DNA from: Dietzia sp.
Lineage (GTDB): Bacteria > Actinomycetota > Actinomycetes > Mycobacteriales > Mycobacteriaceae
Length of the DNA stretch: 64,000 nt
Reading direction: 5' to 3'
Assembly: GCA_046292305.1 (NCBI GenBank)
Contig: JBKBRA010000010.1
Span: forward strand, 5,709-69,708
The translations under genes and the position numbers were made by a program. Positions 34,772 through 45,452 of this stretch are shown here, piece by piece; the first letter of the stretch is position 1, and each line of letters starts with the position of its first letter. The notes below the pieces were generated by a model that searched no databases, had not been told where the DNA came from, and was given only the letters and a program-made list of their open reading frames with translations.

Positions 34772-35080
34772 TCAGGTGGAGGGCTCGACGTCCAGCACGA
34801 CGTCGAACTCGAGGAGGGTGGCCCCCTCGGCGACGGGCTTTCCGTGCTGGCCGGCGTGGGCGGTCCGGGCGTCGCCGTCGCGCCAGGCGGCGAAGGACGC
34901 CTCGTCCTCCCAGGTGGTCAACACGAAGTAGCGGTCCTCGCCGGCGGTGGGGCGCAGCAGCTGGAAGCCGAGGAACCCGGGGGAGTTCTGCACGGTGTGG
35001 GCGCGCTCCGAGAAGCGGCGCTCGAGCTCGGCACCTGCCTGGGGCGGCACGGACAGGGCATTGATCTTCACGACGGCCAT
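34772..35080 (-). CDS. mhuD: ABM-family heme-degrading monooxygenase (MhuD/Rv3592-like)
   Basis: MAVVKINA..AGAELERRF..PGFLGFQLLRP..RYFV..W..AH..LLEFDVVL; syntenic with mutY. Confidence 0.85.
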   Translation of the reverse strand: MAVVKINALSVPPQAGAELERRFSERAHTVQNSPGFLGFQLLRPTAGEDRYFVLTTWEDEASFAAWRDGDARTAHAGQHGKPVAEGATLLEFDVVLDVEPST

Positions 35081-35119
35081 GTAGGTGAGCCTACGCTTCG
35101 CAGTCGTCGCCCCTGCCGG

Positions 35120-35989
35120 TCAACCCGGTAGCGAGTAACTGTCACCCGCCGACGTCACCAATCCGTCCGCCACGAGCGAGTCGAGGGCGCGCTCGCGTTG
35201 GATCGCGTCGGGCCACACCGCGTCCAGACGGTCCCGGCCGGCTGTTCCGTCTCCGTCGCGCAGGACGTCGAGTAGCAGGCCGCGCACCTGGCGGTCGGTG
35301 CCGGCGAAGGTCTGGGCCCGGCGCCGGGGTCCGTCCCACTCGGGCCTGCCGGCGGCCAGCCACGCGCACGACGGGGCCAGCGGGCAGTCGTCGCACCGCG
35401 GTACCCGGGCGGTGCAGACCAGCGCGCCGAGCTCCATCAGCGCCACTGAGAAGGCGACCGCCCGTTCGCGGCCCGCCGGTAGCAGGGCGTCGACCGCAGA
35501 GAGGTCGCGCCGGGTGGACGGGGGCCCGGCCTCGGCCGCCCCGCCCACCGCCCGTGCGACCACCCGGCGCACGTTGGTATCGACCACCGGGACGCGCTGA
35601 CCGTGGGCGAAGCACGCCACCGCGCGGGCGGTGTAGTCGCCGACGCCCGGGAGGGCGAGCAGCGCCTCGACGTCGGTGGGGACCTCGCCGCCGTGTTGAT
35701 CGACGACGACGAGGGCGCACTCCTGCAGACGGAGGGCGCGGCGGGGATAACCGAGCTTGCCCCACATCCGGATCACATCGGCGGGGGAGGCCGCGGCGAG
35801 TTCGGCCGGACCGGGCCACCGATCGAGCCACGCCCGCCAAACCGGTTCCACCCGCGCGACGGGGGTCTGCTGGCTCATGACCTCGCAGAGCAGGATCTCC
35901 CACGCGCCCACATCTGACCCGCGCCAGGGCAGGGGTCGGCCCGCACGGTCGAACCAGGACAGCAGGGCGGAGGTGTCGACGGAGGTCAC
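35120..35989 (-). CDS. mutY: A/G-specific adenine glycosylase
   Basis: EVMSQQT, WGKLGYPRRA, LPGVGDYTA, VDTNVRRV and the C-x6-C-x2-C-x5-C Fe-S motif. Confidence 0.93.
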   Translation of the reverse strand: MTSVDTSALLSWFDRAGRPLPWRGSDVGAWEILLCEVMSQQTPVARVEPVWRAWLDRWPGPAELAAASPADVIRMWGKLGYPRRALRLQECALVVVDQHGGEVPTDVEALLALPGVGDYTARAVACFAHGQRVPVVDTNVRRVVARAVGGAAEAGPPSTRRDLSAVDALLPAGRERAVAFSVALMELGALVCTARVPRCDDCPLAPSCAWLAAGRPEWDGPRRRAQTFAGTDRQVRGLLLDVLRDGDGTAGRDRLDAVWPDAIQRERALDSLVADGLVTSAGDSYSLPG

Positions 35990-36027
35990 CGTGGCTCCGT
36001 GGGGGCGGAGTGTGCACAATATGAGTC

Positions 36028-36681
36028 ATGCCTCATACCGATCCAATCAAGGCCTGGGCCTCGCTTCGCGACGGCAATCATCGATTCGTCGAAGGTCAGA
36101 TGCGTCATCCCGGCCAGAATACCGAGCACCGGGAGACGCTCGTCGCGGCGCAGCACCCCAAGGCCGTGCTGTTCGGATGCTCGGACTCGCGGGTGGCGGC
36201 CGAGATCATCTTCGACCAGGGGCTCGGCGACCTCTTCGTGATCCGCACCGCCGGCCACATCAGCGACTCGGCGGTGCTCGGCTCGATCGAGTACGCGATC
36301 CACGTCCTGGAGACCCCGCTGATCGTGGTGCTCGGCCACGACAGCTGTGGCGCGGTCAAGGCCACGGTCGATGCGTTGAACACCGGTGAGATCCCGCCCG
36401 GGTTCCTGCGCGACGTGGTGGAGAAGGTCGCGCCCTCGATCCTCAACGGACGCCGGGAGGGGCTCAGTACCATCGACGACTTCGAGGCCCGCCACGTCCT
36501 CGAGACGGGTGAGCTCCTCAAGCAGCGTTCCAAGATCATCAGCGACCGCATCGAGGAGGGTCGCCTCGCGATCGTCGGTGTGACCTACAAGCTCTCCGAC
36601 GGACGCGCGTACCTGCGGAGCGCGCTGGGAGAGGTCGACGACACCCCCCACGGTCCGGGCGAGGAGATGATCGCGGTCTGA
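36028..36681 (+). CDS. Beta-class carbonic anhydrase (Rv3588c-like)
   Basis: GCSDSRV, GDLFVIRTAG and LGHDSCGAV zinc ligands. Confidence 0.93.
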   Translation: MPHTDPIKAWASLRDGNHRFVEGQMRHPGQNTEHRETLVAAQHPKAVLFGCSDSRVAAEIIFDQGLGDLFVIRTAGHISDSAVLGSIEYAIHVLETPLIVVLGHDSCGAVKATVDALNTGEIPPGFLRDVVEKVAPSILNGRREGLSTIDDFEARHVLETGELLKQRSKIISDRIEEGRLAIVGVTYKLSDGRAYLRSALGEVDDTPHGPGEEMIAV

Positions 36682-36721
36682 TGATCGCCGTCTGATGAAC
36701 GCCGTCTGATGAACGCGGTCT
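36666..36721. repeat. 4 x 14-bp tandem repeat GATGA(T/A)CGC(G/C)GTCT spanning the carbonic anhydrase stop codon
   Basis: Units start at 36666, 36680, 36694 and 36708. Confidence 0.9.
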
Positions 36722-36779
36722 AGGGACACGCCGCGAGGGGGATCCGGTGCCGCGGCCCCTCGGCCCTAGAGTTGGGCCC

Positions 36780-37427
36780 GTGCACGAACCCGAGGGCTCC
36801 CTACCGCGCGAAGTCTATGTGCGTCGACGCGTCGCCGCCGTCGTCGTCGCGGTCGTCGCCGTCCTGGCGGTGGTGTTGGCGCTGTTCCTGGCCTCCAGGG
36901 ACAGCGGCACCGACACCCAGGAGTCGGCTGCGGGCGGTGAGGTCGACTCGGCCGAGGCCGCCACCACCTCGGAGACCACGGCCGAGACCACAGCACGGGA
37001 CGACGGCGGAGCCTCCCGGGGCCGGTGTGCGGACGAGGACCTGAGCCTGGAGGTCTGGTCCGCCGAGCCCAACGTCGCGGTCGGGGAGGACGTCCGGTTC
37101 TTCGTCAACATCCTCAACACCTCGGACACCACGTGTGATCGCGACCTCTCCGAGGCGCCGCTGTCCTTCGAGGTCTACCGCCTGGACACGAACGTCAAGG
37201 TGTGGTCGAGCATCGACTGCACCACCCCCCGGGACCACGACGAGGTCGACCTGCGGCCCGGTGAGCCCGAGCCCCGCCAGATCGACTGGACAGGCCGCCG
37301 TTCCGCGGAGGGTGCCTGCTCGGAAGCCGATCGGACGCCCGTCGAGGTCGGCGCCTACCAGGTGTACGCGCTGGTCGGGAGCGTCTTCAGCCCGGCAGCC
37401 ACCTTCAACGTTGTCGAGGGTGACTGA
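36780..37427 (+). CDS. Rv3587c-like membrane-anchored protein
   Basis: EPEGSLPREVYVRRR, one TM, then an extracellular domain with Cys pairs (CDRDL, VWSSIDC, WTGRRS); syntenic. Confidence 0.8.
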   Translation: MHEPEGSLPREVYVRRRVAAVVVAVVAVLAVVLALFLASRDSGTDTQESAAGGEVDSAEAATTSETTAETTARDDGGASRGRCADEDLSLEVWSAEPNVAVGEDVRFFVNILNTSDTTCDRDLSEAPLSFEVYRLDTNVKVWSSIDCTTPRDHDEVDLRPGEPEPRQIDWTGRRSAEGACSEADRTPVEVGAYQVYALVGSVFSPAATFNVVEGD

Positions 37428-37469
37428 CTCCCGCGACCGGCGTCGGCGTCCGGTCCCCGGACATCACGC

Positions 37470-38522
37470 CTAGGTCGATCCCAGGCCGGTGAGCCACTGA
37501 CGTACGTGCCGGGCCCACAGGGCGCCCACACCCTCGACGTCCGCGAAGTCCGTCTGTTCGGCGGCCAGCAGTGCCGGAACCGAGCCGAACCGTTCGACCA
37601 GTGCGGTGATCTGCACGGGTCGGAGCCTTGGGATGTGGGCGAGCATCCGATGCCCGCGCGAGGCGACGTGCTCGTCGAGGTCTTCCGGCTCCGCGGGCAA
37701 CCCCAGGCAGCGCGCGACGGGGCCGGGGAGGAGGAGGTCTGCGTCGGTCAGGGAAGCGAGACGCTCGAGGCCGTTCGTCACCTGCTCGGCGGTGGGTACC
37801 GTGCTCCCGCCCGTGGGATCCACGGCGAGGTGGTCGGCGACGAGGCCCCAGAGTTCGTCCGGGGTGTCGGCGAGCAGCTCCTCCAGCTGGAGCGTGGTCT
37901 GACGCCCGTATTCGCCCATCTCCACGGTGAGTTCGGCCAGTTCGGTGCCGAGACGATCCAGCCGGATCAGGCGCTGCGCCATCGTCACGACGTCGCGGAC
38001 GGACGCGTACCCACCGATCTCCGCGCGGTCGAGTCGGGCGCGGGCCCGGGCGGTTCGGGCACCGTGGCGCTCCATGGTGGCCACGGTCTGGTCCGCGCGG
38101 GCCAACAGGACCACGGGGTCGGCCAGAACGCGGGCCTGCCCTCCCGCGTAGACGGTCACCGTGGTCATCGAGGCGGACACCGCCACCGCCGGGACCCCGG
38201 TGTGCAGCGCGGTGCGTTCGGCCGCGCGGTGCCGGGTGCCGGTCTCCACCGCCGGCAGGGAGGGATCGGGGACCAGATGGACGTTGGCCCGGGTGATGCG
38301 CTCGCCGTCCGTGGACAGGACCACAGCGCCGTCCATCTTGCTCAGTTCACGCAGCCTCGCCGGGGTGAACTCGACGTCCAGCGAGACGCCGCCGTCGCAG
38401 ATCTGCTGGACGGCGGGGTCGTCGCCGAGTACGACGAGGCCGCCGGTACCGCTGCGTCGGATGCGGTCCAGCGCGTCACGTAGGGGAGTGCCCGGGGCCA
38501 GACGCCGGAGCACGGCGCGCAC
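37470..38522 (-). CDS. disA: DNA integrity scanning diadenylate cyclase DisA (start uncertain)
   Basis: LAPGTPLRD, LRELSKMDGAVVL (DGA), ETGTRHRAAERT (RHR) and C-terminal HhH VEGVGALWAR. Confidence 0.9.
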   Translation of the reverse strand: MRAVLRRLAPGTPLRDALDRIRRSGTGGLVVLGDDPAVQQICDGGVSLDVEFTPARLRELSKMDGAVVLSTDGERITRANVHLVPDPSLPAVETGTRHRAAERTALHTGVPAVAVSASMTTVTVYAGGQARVLADPVVLLARADQTVATMERHGARTARARARLDRAEIGGYASVRDVVTMAQRLIRLDRLGTELAELTVEMGEYGRQTTLQLEELLADTPDELWGLVADHLAVDPTGGSTVPTAEQVTNGLERLASLTDADLLLPGPVARCLGLPAEPEDLDEHVASRGHRMLAHIPRLRPVQITALVERFGSVPALLAAEQTDFADVEGVGALWARHVRQWLTGLGST

Positions 38523-38574
38523 GGCCGCGTCGACGGGGGAGCCGTCGGCCGCGCGAGCGGACAGGGCGGACGTC

Positions 38575-39138
38575 TCAGTGCCCCTCGGAGTGGGTCTCGA
38601 CCGGACGGGTGTACTCGTCGCTGGCCGGGACCTCGGCGATGACGGCCGCTGCCATCTCGATCTGGTCGCCGTTGGAGAAGGAGACGGTGGCCGGTACCGA
38701 GGTACCGATGTCGAGATCGTCCGCACCGGGGAGGGTGGCGGTGGTCCGCTCGACGCAGATGTCGTCGCTGGCGGGGACGGGCTCGGCGTCGGCCGCCGCC
38801 GAGACGATCAGCGAGCACCCGCGATCGAGGGGCTGAGAGTCGCCGATCTGCGCCTCGATCCCGTCGATCTCGACCCGGTCGAGGGAGATCGACTCACCGA
38901 GGCCGGTACCGGTGAAGGAGGCGGCGAAGCCGAGCCGGGCCTCACCCGTCTCGGGGAGGACCACCACGAGGTCGTTGACGTAGAGCTCGCCTGCCGAACC
39001 CTGTCCACCGTCCACCGCGGCGACCTGGCTGGCCGTCTGGGAGATCTGGCCGGCGCCACACGCGGACATGCCGACGGCGGTACCCACGGCCAGGACTACG
39101 AGCGCGGTGCGGCGCAGGCCGGTGTTCGGTGAAGTCAC
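38575..39138 (-). CDS. lpqE: LpqE-like lipoprotein
   Basis: MSACGAGQISQTASQVAAVDG signature; syntenic with carD. Confidence 0.8.
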   Translation of the reverse strand: MTSPNTGLRRTALVVLAVGTAVGMSACGAGQISQTASQVAAVDGGQGSAGELYVNDLVVVLPETGEARLGFAASFTGTGLGESISLDRVEIDGIEAQIGDSQPLDRGCSLIVSAAADAEPVPASDDICVERTTATLPGADDLDIGTSVPATVSFSNGDQIEMAAAVIAEVPASDEYTRPVETHSEGH

Positions 39139-39335
39139 GTCAGGCTCCTCGGGGGATGGTCGTTCTCAGGCCGGTCTCATCGTAGTCCACGGTCGGTCGT
39201 GATCGGCGCCAGAGTGTGCCCCTCGCACCCCCTCGATTCGCCGACCGTGCCGTTCGGGTTTCTGACCTGCGAAAACGGAAAACCCCAGCGCTGAGGGCGT
39301 GCTAAGATGGCTCAGTCGAAAGGGGAAAGCCACTC

Positions 39336-39833
39336 ATGGAGTTCAAGGTCGGCGACACTGTCGTCTACCCGCATCACGGCGCCGCAAGTATCCAGGCGAT
39401 CGAGATGCGGACGGTCAAGGGCACCGAGAAGGAATACCTCGTCCTCAAGGTTTCACAGGGCGATCTCACGGTCCGGGTACCGGCCGAGAACGCCGAGTAC
39501 GTGGGCGTACGCGACGTGGTCGACGAGGCGGGGCTCGACAAGGTCTTCGATGTCCTGCGCACCGAGCACGCGGAGGAGCCGACCAACTGGTCGCGCCGCT
39601 ACAAGGCGAACGGCGAGAAGCTGGCCTCCGGGGACGTGAACAAGGTCGCCGAGGTCGTCCGCGACCTGTGGCGTCGCGATCTGGACCGCGGTCTGTCCGC
39701 GGGCGAGAAGCGCATGCTCGCCAAGGCGCGGCAGGTCCTCGTCGGCGAGCTGGCGCTGGCCGACCGTGCGGACGAGCACCGTGCGGACGAGCTCCTCGAG
39801 CAGGTCCTGGCCGCCGCGGCCGCACCGGCCTGA
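39336..39833 (+). CDS. carD: RNA polymerase-binding factor CarD
   Basis: [27 protein letters not shown] and [10 protein letters not shown] motifs. Confidence 0.97.
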   Translation: MEFKVGDTVVYPHHGAASIQAIEMRTVKGTEKEYLVLKVSQGDLTVRVPAENAEYVGVRDVVDEAGLDKVFDVLRTEHAEEPTNWSRRYKANGEKLASGDVNKVAEVVRDLWRRDLDRGLSAGEKRMLAKARQVLVGELALADRADEHRADELLEQVLAAAAAPA

Positions 39834-39862
39834 CGCGACCCGCGCGAGCGACTCGGTACCAG

Positions 39863-40645
39863 GTGACGCAGCACGATTCGAGTGGCCACCCCGCCCCCAC
39901 GGGCAGGGTGGCCGCCGTCGTTCCCGCGGCCGGGTCCGGCGTCCGGCTGGGTGCCGGTGTCCCCAAGGCGTTCGTCGAGGTGTCGGGTCGGACGATGCTC
40001 GAGCGGGCCGTCGCCGGGTTGCTGGCGAGCGGGGCCGTCGACGACGTCGTGGCAGTGGTCCCGGAGGACCGCGTGGCCGAGGCCGAGGAGTTGCTGGCAC
40101 CGCTCCGGACGGGGGACCACCTCGTCGTCGTCGCCACGGGCGGGTCGCAGCGCACCGACTCGGTACGGAACGGTCTCGCGGCCCTCACCGCCACCCTCGC
40201 GCGGTCCGGGACGTCGGTCCACGACGTCGTCCTGGTCCACGACGCGGCGCGCTGTCTGACTCCCCCCGCCCCGATCCTGCGCGTCGTCGAGGCCGTCAGG
40301 TCGGGGGAGGGCGCGGTCGTGCCCGTTCTCCCCGTGATCGACACCGTCAAGGAGGTCGACGCCGGCGGATACGTGGTGGGTACGCCCGACCGCGCCGCCC
40401 TGCGGGCCGTCCAGACGCCCCAGGGTTTCGCGCCCGACGTGCTTCTCGCCGCCTACGACGCGGCCGGGGACGTGGCCACCGATGACGCCGGCTTGGTCGA
40501 GCGGCTGGGCAGGCGGGTGGCGACCGTCGACGGCGACCCGCTCGCCTTCAAGATCACCACGGCGTCCGACCATGTCCGTGCGCTGGAGGAAGTTCGTGGA
40601 CTGGAAGAATCCGTGCACTCGAGGAATCCGAAGGAGGATCCGTGA
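39863..40645 (+). CDS. ispD: MEP cytidylyltransferase
   Basis: [34 protein letters not shown] and FKITT motifs. Confidence 0.95.
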   Translation: MTQHDSSGHPAPTGRVAAVVPAAGSGVRLGAGVPKAFVEVSGRTMLERAVAGLLASGAVDDVVAVVPEDRVAEAEELLAPLRTGDHLVVVATGGSQRTDSVRNGLAALTATLARSGTSVHDVVLVHDAARCLTPPAPILRVVEAVRSGEGAVVPVLPVIDTVKEVDAGGYVVGTPDRAALRAVQTPQGFAPDVLLAAYDAAGDVATDDAGLVERLGRRVATVDGDPLAFKITTASDHVRALEEVRGLEESVHSRNPKEDP

Positions 40646-41124
40646 CCGGACCCGTGATCCCGCGCGTGGGCATCGGCACCGACGCCCACCAGGTGCAGCC
40701 CGGTAAGCCCTGCATGATGGCCTGCCTCCACTTCCCGGACGACCACGGCCTCGAGGGGCACTCCGACGGCGACGTGGTGGCCCACGCCCTGGTGGACGCG
40801 CTGCTGTCCGCGGCGGGCCTGGGTGACCTCGGCACCCTCGTCGGCACCGGCCGCGCGGAGTACGACGACGTCTCGGGTGAGCGACTGCTCCGCGAGGCGG
40901 TGGCGGAACTCGCGGGGCACGGTTGGGCGATCGGCAACGCGGCCGTGCAGATGGTGGGCAACCGGCCCAAGATGGGTCCGCGACGGCTCGAGGCGCAGGA
41001 CACGCTCTCGGCGATCATCGGTGCCCCGGTCTCCGTGTCGGCCACCACGACCGACGGAATGGGCTTCACCGGTCGCGGCGAAGGGGTCTCCGCCGTGGCG
41101 ACGGCTCTGGTGTTCCGGAGCTGA
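40642..41124 (+). CDS. ispF: MEcPP synthase
   Basis: [20 protein letters not shown] and [15 protein letters not shown] motifs. Confidence 0.96.
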   Translation: MTGPVIPRVGIGTDAHQVQPGKPCMMACLHFPDDHGLEGHSDGDVVAHALVDALLSAAGLGDLGTLVGTGRAEYDDVSGERLLREAVAELAGHGWAIGNAAVQMVGNRPKMGPRRLEAQDTLSAIIGAPVSVSATTTDGMGFTGRGEGVSAVATALVFRS

Positions 41125-41166
41125 CGAAGCGGGCGAGAGGGTTCGTCACCGGTAGACTCGCTACCC

Positions 41167-42582
41167 GTGACGCTCCATCTGTACGACACCGCCTCCCGCT
41201 CCCTCCGGGAGTTCGCCCCTGTCCGGGAGGGGCACGCGTCCGTCTACCTCTGTGGGGCCACCCCTCAGTCCGTCCCGCACATCGGTCACGTCCGGTCCGG
41301 GGTCGCCTTCGACGTACTGCGCCGCTGGCTGCTGGCGTCGGGCTACGACGTGGCGTTCGTCCGCAACGTCACCGACATCGACGACAAGATCCTCACCAAG
41401 GCCGCCGAGAACGGTCGGCCGTGGTGGGAGTGGGTCGCCACCCACGAGCGCGAGTTCACCAGGGCCTACGACGCCCTTGGTGTACTGCCGCCGTCCACCG
41501 AGCCGCGGGCGACCGGGCACGTCACCCAGATGATCGACTACATGGAGCGGCTCATCGAGCGCGGTTTCGCCTACCCGGCCGAGGGCAGCGTCTACTTCGA
41601 CGTGGCCGCCTGGTCGACCGCCCCGGAGGGGGACTACGGGCACCTGTCGGGTCACCGCCTGGACGAGGTAGACCAGGGTGAGGCGGCGGACCTGCGCGGC
41701 AAACGCGACTCGCGTGACTTCGCCCTGTGGAAGGCGGCCAAGCCGGGCGAGCCCAGCTGGCCCACCCCGTGGGGCGAGGGTCGGCCGGGCTGGCACCTCG
41801 AGTGCTCGGCCATGGCGACCTGGTACCTCGGTGGGACCTTCGACATCCACGGCGGTGGTCTCGACCTGCAGTTCCCGCACCACGAGAACGAGGCGGCCCA
41901 GTCCCACGCGGCCGGCGACGGGTTCGCCCGGTACTGGCTGCACAACGGGTGGGTGACCATGGCCGGGGAGAAGATGAGCAAGTCGCTGGGCAACGTGCTC
42001 AGCGTGCCCAACATCCTCACCGCGGTCCGCCCCGTCGAGCTGCGCTACTACCTGGGCAGCGCCCACTACCGGTCGATGCTCGAGTACTCGCCGGAGGCGC
42101 TGCAGGAGGCGGCCGCCGGGTACCGGAGGATCGAGGCGTTCGTGCGACGCGTGGCCGAGACCGGTGCCGAGGTGCCCGTGGGCCGGTGGACCGACGGTTT
42201 CGCCGCGGCGATGGACGACGACCTCGGGGTCCCCGCCGCTCTGGCGGAGATCCACGGCCGGGTGCGCGCGGGGAACACCGCCCTGGCGTCCGGCGACCAC
42301 GAGGCGGCGCTGACCGCGGCGTCGGCCGTCCGGGCCATGGCCGCGGTGTTGGGCGTCGACCCCCTCGACCCCCACTGGGTCGCCGACGCTGGCGCGGACG
42401 ACGCCCTCACTACAGCGCTCGACTCGCTCGTGCGCGCAGAACTCGAGGCGCGCGACGAGGCGCGCTCGAACAAGGACTTCGCCACCTCCGATGCCATCCG
42501 GGACCGTCTGGTCACCGCCGGCATCGAGGTGGCCGATACCGCGGACGGCCAGAAATGGTCGCTCGCCAACCGGAAGGACTGA
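41167..42582 (+). CDS. cysS: Cysteine--tRNA ligase
   Basis: [29 protein letters not shown] and KMSKS motifs. Confidence 0.97.
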   Translation: MTLHLYDTASRSLREFAPVREGHASVYLCGATPQSVPHIGHVRSGVAFDVLRRWLLASGYDVAFVRNVTDIDDKILTKAAENGRPWWEWVATHEREFTRAYDALGVLPPSTEPRATGHVTQMIDYMERLIERGFAYPAEGSVYFDVAAWSTAPEGDYGHLSGHRLDEVDQGEAADLRGKRDSRDFALWKAAKPGEPSWPTPWGEGRPGWHLECSAMATWYLGGTFDIHGGGLDLQFPHHENEAAQSHAAGDGFARYWLHNGWVTMAGEKMSKSLGNVLSVPNILTAVRPVELRYYLGSAHYRSMLEYSPEALQEAAAGYRRIEAFVRRVAETGAEVPVGRWTDGFAAAMDDDLGVPAALAEIHGRVRAGNTALASGDHEAALTAASAVRAMAAVLGVDPLDPHWVADAGADDALTTALDSLVRAELEARDEARSNKDFATSDAIRDRLVTAGIEVADTADGQKWSLANRKD

Positions 42583-42583
42583 C

Positions 42584-43552
42584 ATGGCTGGCAATTCGAG
42601 CCGACGCGGGGCGATCCGCAAATCCGGCACCAAGAAGGGCCAGGTCGTCGGATCCGGCGGCCAACGGCGACGGGGTCTCGAGCCCCGCGGCGCCACCCCC
42701 AAGGCCGAGGACCGCACCTATCACTCGGCGCACCGCAAGGCCAACGCCGCCTCGCGCAAGGCCGACACCACGCAGCAGCGCCGCCGGTACGCGCAGAAGC
42801 AGGCTGATGGGCCGGAGTACGTGGTGGGCCGCAACCCGGTGGTGGAGTGCCTCCGCGCCGGCGTGCCCGCGACCGCGCTGTACGTGGCGATCGGCTCGGA
42901 GGCCGACGAGCGTCTGACCGAGGCCGTCCACCTCTGCGCGGACAAGGGGATCTCGATCCTCGAGGTGCCGCGCACCGACCTCGACCGCATGGTCTCGAAC
43001 GGCATGCACCAGGGGATCGGTCTGCAGGTGCCGCCGTACCAGTACACCGACCCCAAGGACCTTCTCGACATCGCGATGGGATCGTCCCGACCCGCGCTGC
43101 TCGTGGCGCTGGACAACATCACCGACACACGCAACCTCGGGGCCGTCATCCGTTCGACCGCCGCGTTCGGCGGGCACGGTGTCCTCATCCCCGAGCGACG
43201 CAGCGCGTCCATCACGGCCGTGGCGTGGCGCGCCTCCGCCGGTGCCGCGGCGCGGCTGCCGGTGGCCAGGGCCACCAACCTCAACCGCACGCTGCTCGAC
43301 TGGGCCAAGTCCGGGGTTCAGCTCGTGGGCCTGGACGCCGACGGCGACACCACCCTGGACAGTTACGACGGCACCGGTCCCACGGTCGTGGTGGTGGGCT
43401 CCGAGGGCAAGGGCCTCTCGCGGCTCGTGCGCGAGAACTGCGACTCGATCCTGTCGATCCCGATCTCCGGGGGAGTGGAGAGCCTCAACGCGTCAGTCGC
43501 GGCCGGCGTCGTGCTCTCGGAGTTCTCGCGTCAGCGTCGCGCCAAGGGATAG
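42584..43552 (+). CDS. rlmB: 23S rRNA G2251 2'-O-methyltransferase
   Basis: [32 protein letters not shown] and ESLNASVA (SPOUT) motifs. Confidence 0.93.
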   Translation: MAGNSSRRGAIRKSGTKKGQVVGSGGQRRRGLEPRGATPKAEDRTYHSAHRKANAASRKADTTQQRRRYAQKQADGPEYVVGRNPVVECLRAGVPATALYVAIGSEADERLTEAVHLCADKGISILEVPRTDLDRMVSNGMHQGIGLQVPPYQYTDPKDLLDIAMGSSRPALLVALDNITDTRNLGAVIRSTAAFGGHGVLIPERRSASITAVAWRASAGAAARLPVARATNLNRTLLDWAKSGVQLVGLDADGDTTLDSYDGTGPTVVVVGSEGKGLSRLVRENCDSILSIPISGGVESLNASVAAGVVLSEFSRQRRAKG

Positions 43553-43585
43553 TCGCGCCAGGGGATAGCAGCCCTCGGAACCTGC

Positions 43586-44563
43586 TCACCCCCGCGGGCG
43601 GCGGGGCGACCGGCATCGGTCGAACGCCGCCCGCGCGTACTCCCACGTCTCCTCGCCGTAGTACAGGTGGCCGACGACCATGTAGAGCCCGGCGAACCGT
43701 TGATAGGTCCACGCCCTGTCGAGGAAGGTCGCGTCGATCCGGCCGACGTAGTGCGCCACGACCTCGTCGACGAAGCGCGGCCCGTACCCGTACAGTTCGG
43801 CGAAGTCGACCGCCGGGTCGCCGAGACACATGTCGGTGAAGTCGATGAGTCCCAGCCGGCCCGGTGACGTCGCCCGGTCCCAGTACAGATGGCGAACGTA
43901 GACGTCGTTGTGCAGGAAGACCCTGGGCAGCAGGGTGGACTGGAGCGCGGCGACCTCGTCACAGATCTCCCGCGCGGTCCGCAGTTCGTCGCCGGTAAAC
44001 ACCGCCGGGAGGTCGTTGGCCACTATCCCGCGCACGAAGTCCAGGTTCTCGGGCTGATAGGAGTCCGGGACCCGGTCCAGCGGGGGCGTGGAGATGTCGC
44101 TCACGTGTAGTGCCGCCAGCAGCGCACCGAGTTGCCCCGCGACCGATGTCCTGTCGGTCGCGGGCAGGCCCCGGAGCAGTTCCGGGGTGAGCCTCTCCCC
44201 ACGCACAAGCGGGTACCCGGCGAATCCGCCGTCCGCCGGAACGTGGGTGTACCGGGGTATCGCGGCCTCGACCCCGGGGGCCAGGTGGTCGAGCACGGCG
44301 ATCTCCTGCGGGAGCTGCGCGAGCGCCTGCTCGTCCGTCGGGAACCGGAACACCAGGTCCCGATGCCCTAGGGCGTCGGCGCCCGTGCACCCGCGACAGA
44401 TCACCACGACGTGGTCCCAGCCCTCGTCGATCCGCTGCACCGACTCCCAGGCGAGCGTCGGGAACGCGGTGCGGATCGCGTCGAGCTCGGCCAGGCGGTC
44501 GGAAGGGCGGTCAGCGGGGCGGTCGGCAGGGCGGTCGGCGTCGCCGTCGTGGTCGGTGGGCAC
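43586..44563 (-). CDS. APH-family phosphotransferase (paralog 1)
   Basis: EGWDH, LVFRFP, FLHNDVYVRH and LIDFTDMCLGDPAVDF motifs. Confidence 0.85.
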   Translation of the reverse strand: MPTDHDGDADRPADRPADRPSDRLAELDAIRTAFPTLAWESVQRIDEGWDHVVVICRGCTGADALGHRDLVFRFPTDEQALAQLPQEIAVLDHLAPGVEAAIPRYTHVPADGGFAGYPLVRGERLTPELLRGLPATDRTSVAGQLGALLAALHVSDISTPPLDRVPDSYQPENLDFVRGIVANDLPAVFTGDELRTAREICDEVAALQSTLLPRVFLHNDVYVRHLYWDRATSPGRLGLIDFTDMCLGDPAVDFAELYGYGPRFVDEVVAHYVGRIDATFLDRAWTYQRFAGLYMVVGHLYYGEETWEYARAAFDRCRSPRRPRG

Positions 44564-44603
44564 CCATCAGACGGTAGTCATTCGGGGGACGGGCGGGGTG
44601 GGG

Positions 44604-45452
44604 TCAGCGCCGTAGCGCCGCGACCGCCCGGCATGCCAGGTAGATGACGAACGAGATCGTGGTGACGAACACCGAGACGGGAACACCGGGGGCGAGCGAG
44701 AGCAGCATCCCGCCGACAGCCGCGACCTGGGCGAACAGGATCGTCAGTGCGATCGCCCGCCCCGGGCTCGAGGTGACGGCGGCAGCGGCGGCGGCCGGCG
44801 TGATGAGCAGCGAGAGCACGAGCAGCGCACCCACCACCTGGACGGCCTGGGCGGCCGCGAGCCCCACCAGCACCGCGAAGATCAAGTTGATCGCCCGCAC
44901 CGGTACGCCCCGCGCCTCGGCGACCTCGGGATCCGCCGAGGAGAAGACCAGCGGACGGTAGATCGCGATCAGCGTGACGCAGATGATCGCCGCGACCACG
45001 GCCATCTGGATCATGCCGTGTTCGGACACCCCCACGATCTGCCCGGTGAGCAGCGAGAAGCTGGTTCCCGACCGGCCCGGGTAGAGGTGGATGAACAGCA
45101 CGGCCATGCCGAGGCCGAACGCCATGACCACGCCTATCGAGCTGTCGCGTTGGGCGGCGCGGGAGCCCATGAGCCCGAAGATCAGCGCGGCCACCACGGA
45201 GCCGAGGATCGCACCCAGGCCCAGGTTCATCCCGAACAGCAGAGCGGCGGCGGCTCCGGTCAGGGCGAGCTCGCTGGCCCCGTGCACGGAGAACGACATC
45301 TGCCGCATCACGATGAACGGACCGATCGCACCGGCCAACAGGCCGAGCAGGGCGATCGCGACCAGACCGTAGAGCACGAAGTCCTGCCGGAGCAGGTGTG
45401 CGGTGACCTCGAGGTCGGCGATCGATCCGGCGATCTCGAGCAGGCGGTCCAT
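44604..45452 (-). CDS. Zn/Mn ABC permease (ZnuB-like)
   Basis: GPFIVMRQMSFSVHG, DPEVAEARG and VVGALLV..LITPAAAA motifs. Confidence 0.9.
   Translation of the reverse strand: MDRLLEIAGSIADLEVTAHLLRQDFVLYGLVAIALLGLLAGAIGPFIVMRQMSFSVHGASELALTGAAAALLFGMNLGLGAILGSVVAALIFGLMGSRAAQRDSSIGVVMAFGLGMAVLFIHLYPGRSGTSFSLLTGQIVGVSEHGMIQMAVVAAIICVTLIAIYRPLVFSSADPEVAEARGVPVRAINLIFAVLVGLAAAQAVQVVGALLVLSLLITPAAAAAAVTSSPGRAIALTILFAQVAAVGGMLLSLAPGVPVSVFVTTISFVIYLACRAVAALRR

Noticed and set aside
36666-36721. Short repeats as a CRISPR array
   Set aside because: Contiguous 14-bp units with no spacers and no cas genes
38523-38726. DisA N-terminal extension overlapping lpqE
   Set aside because: An out-of-frame read of the lpqE 3' end with no DisA or RadA similarity
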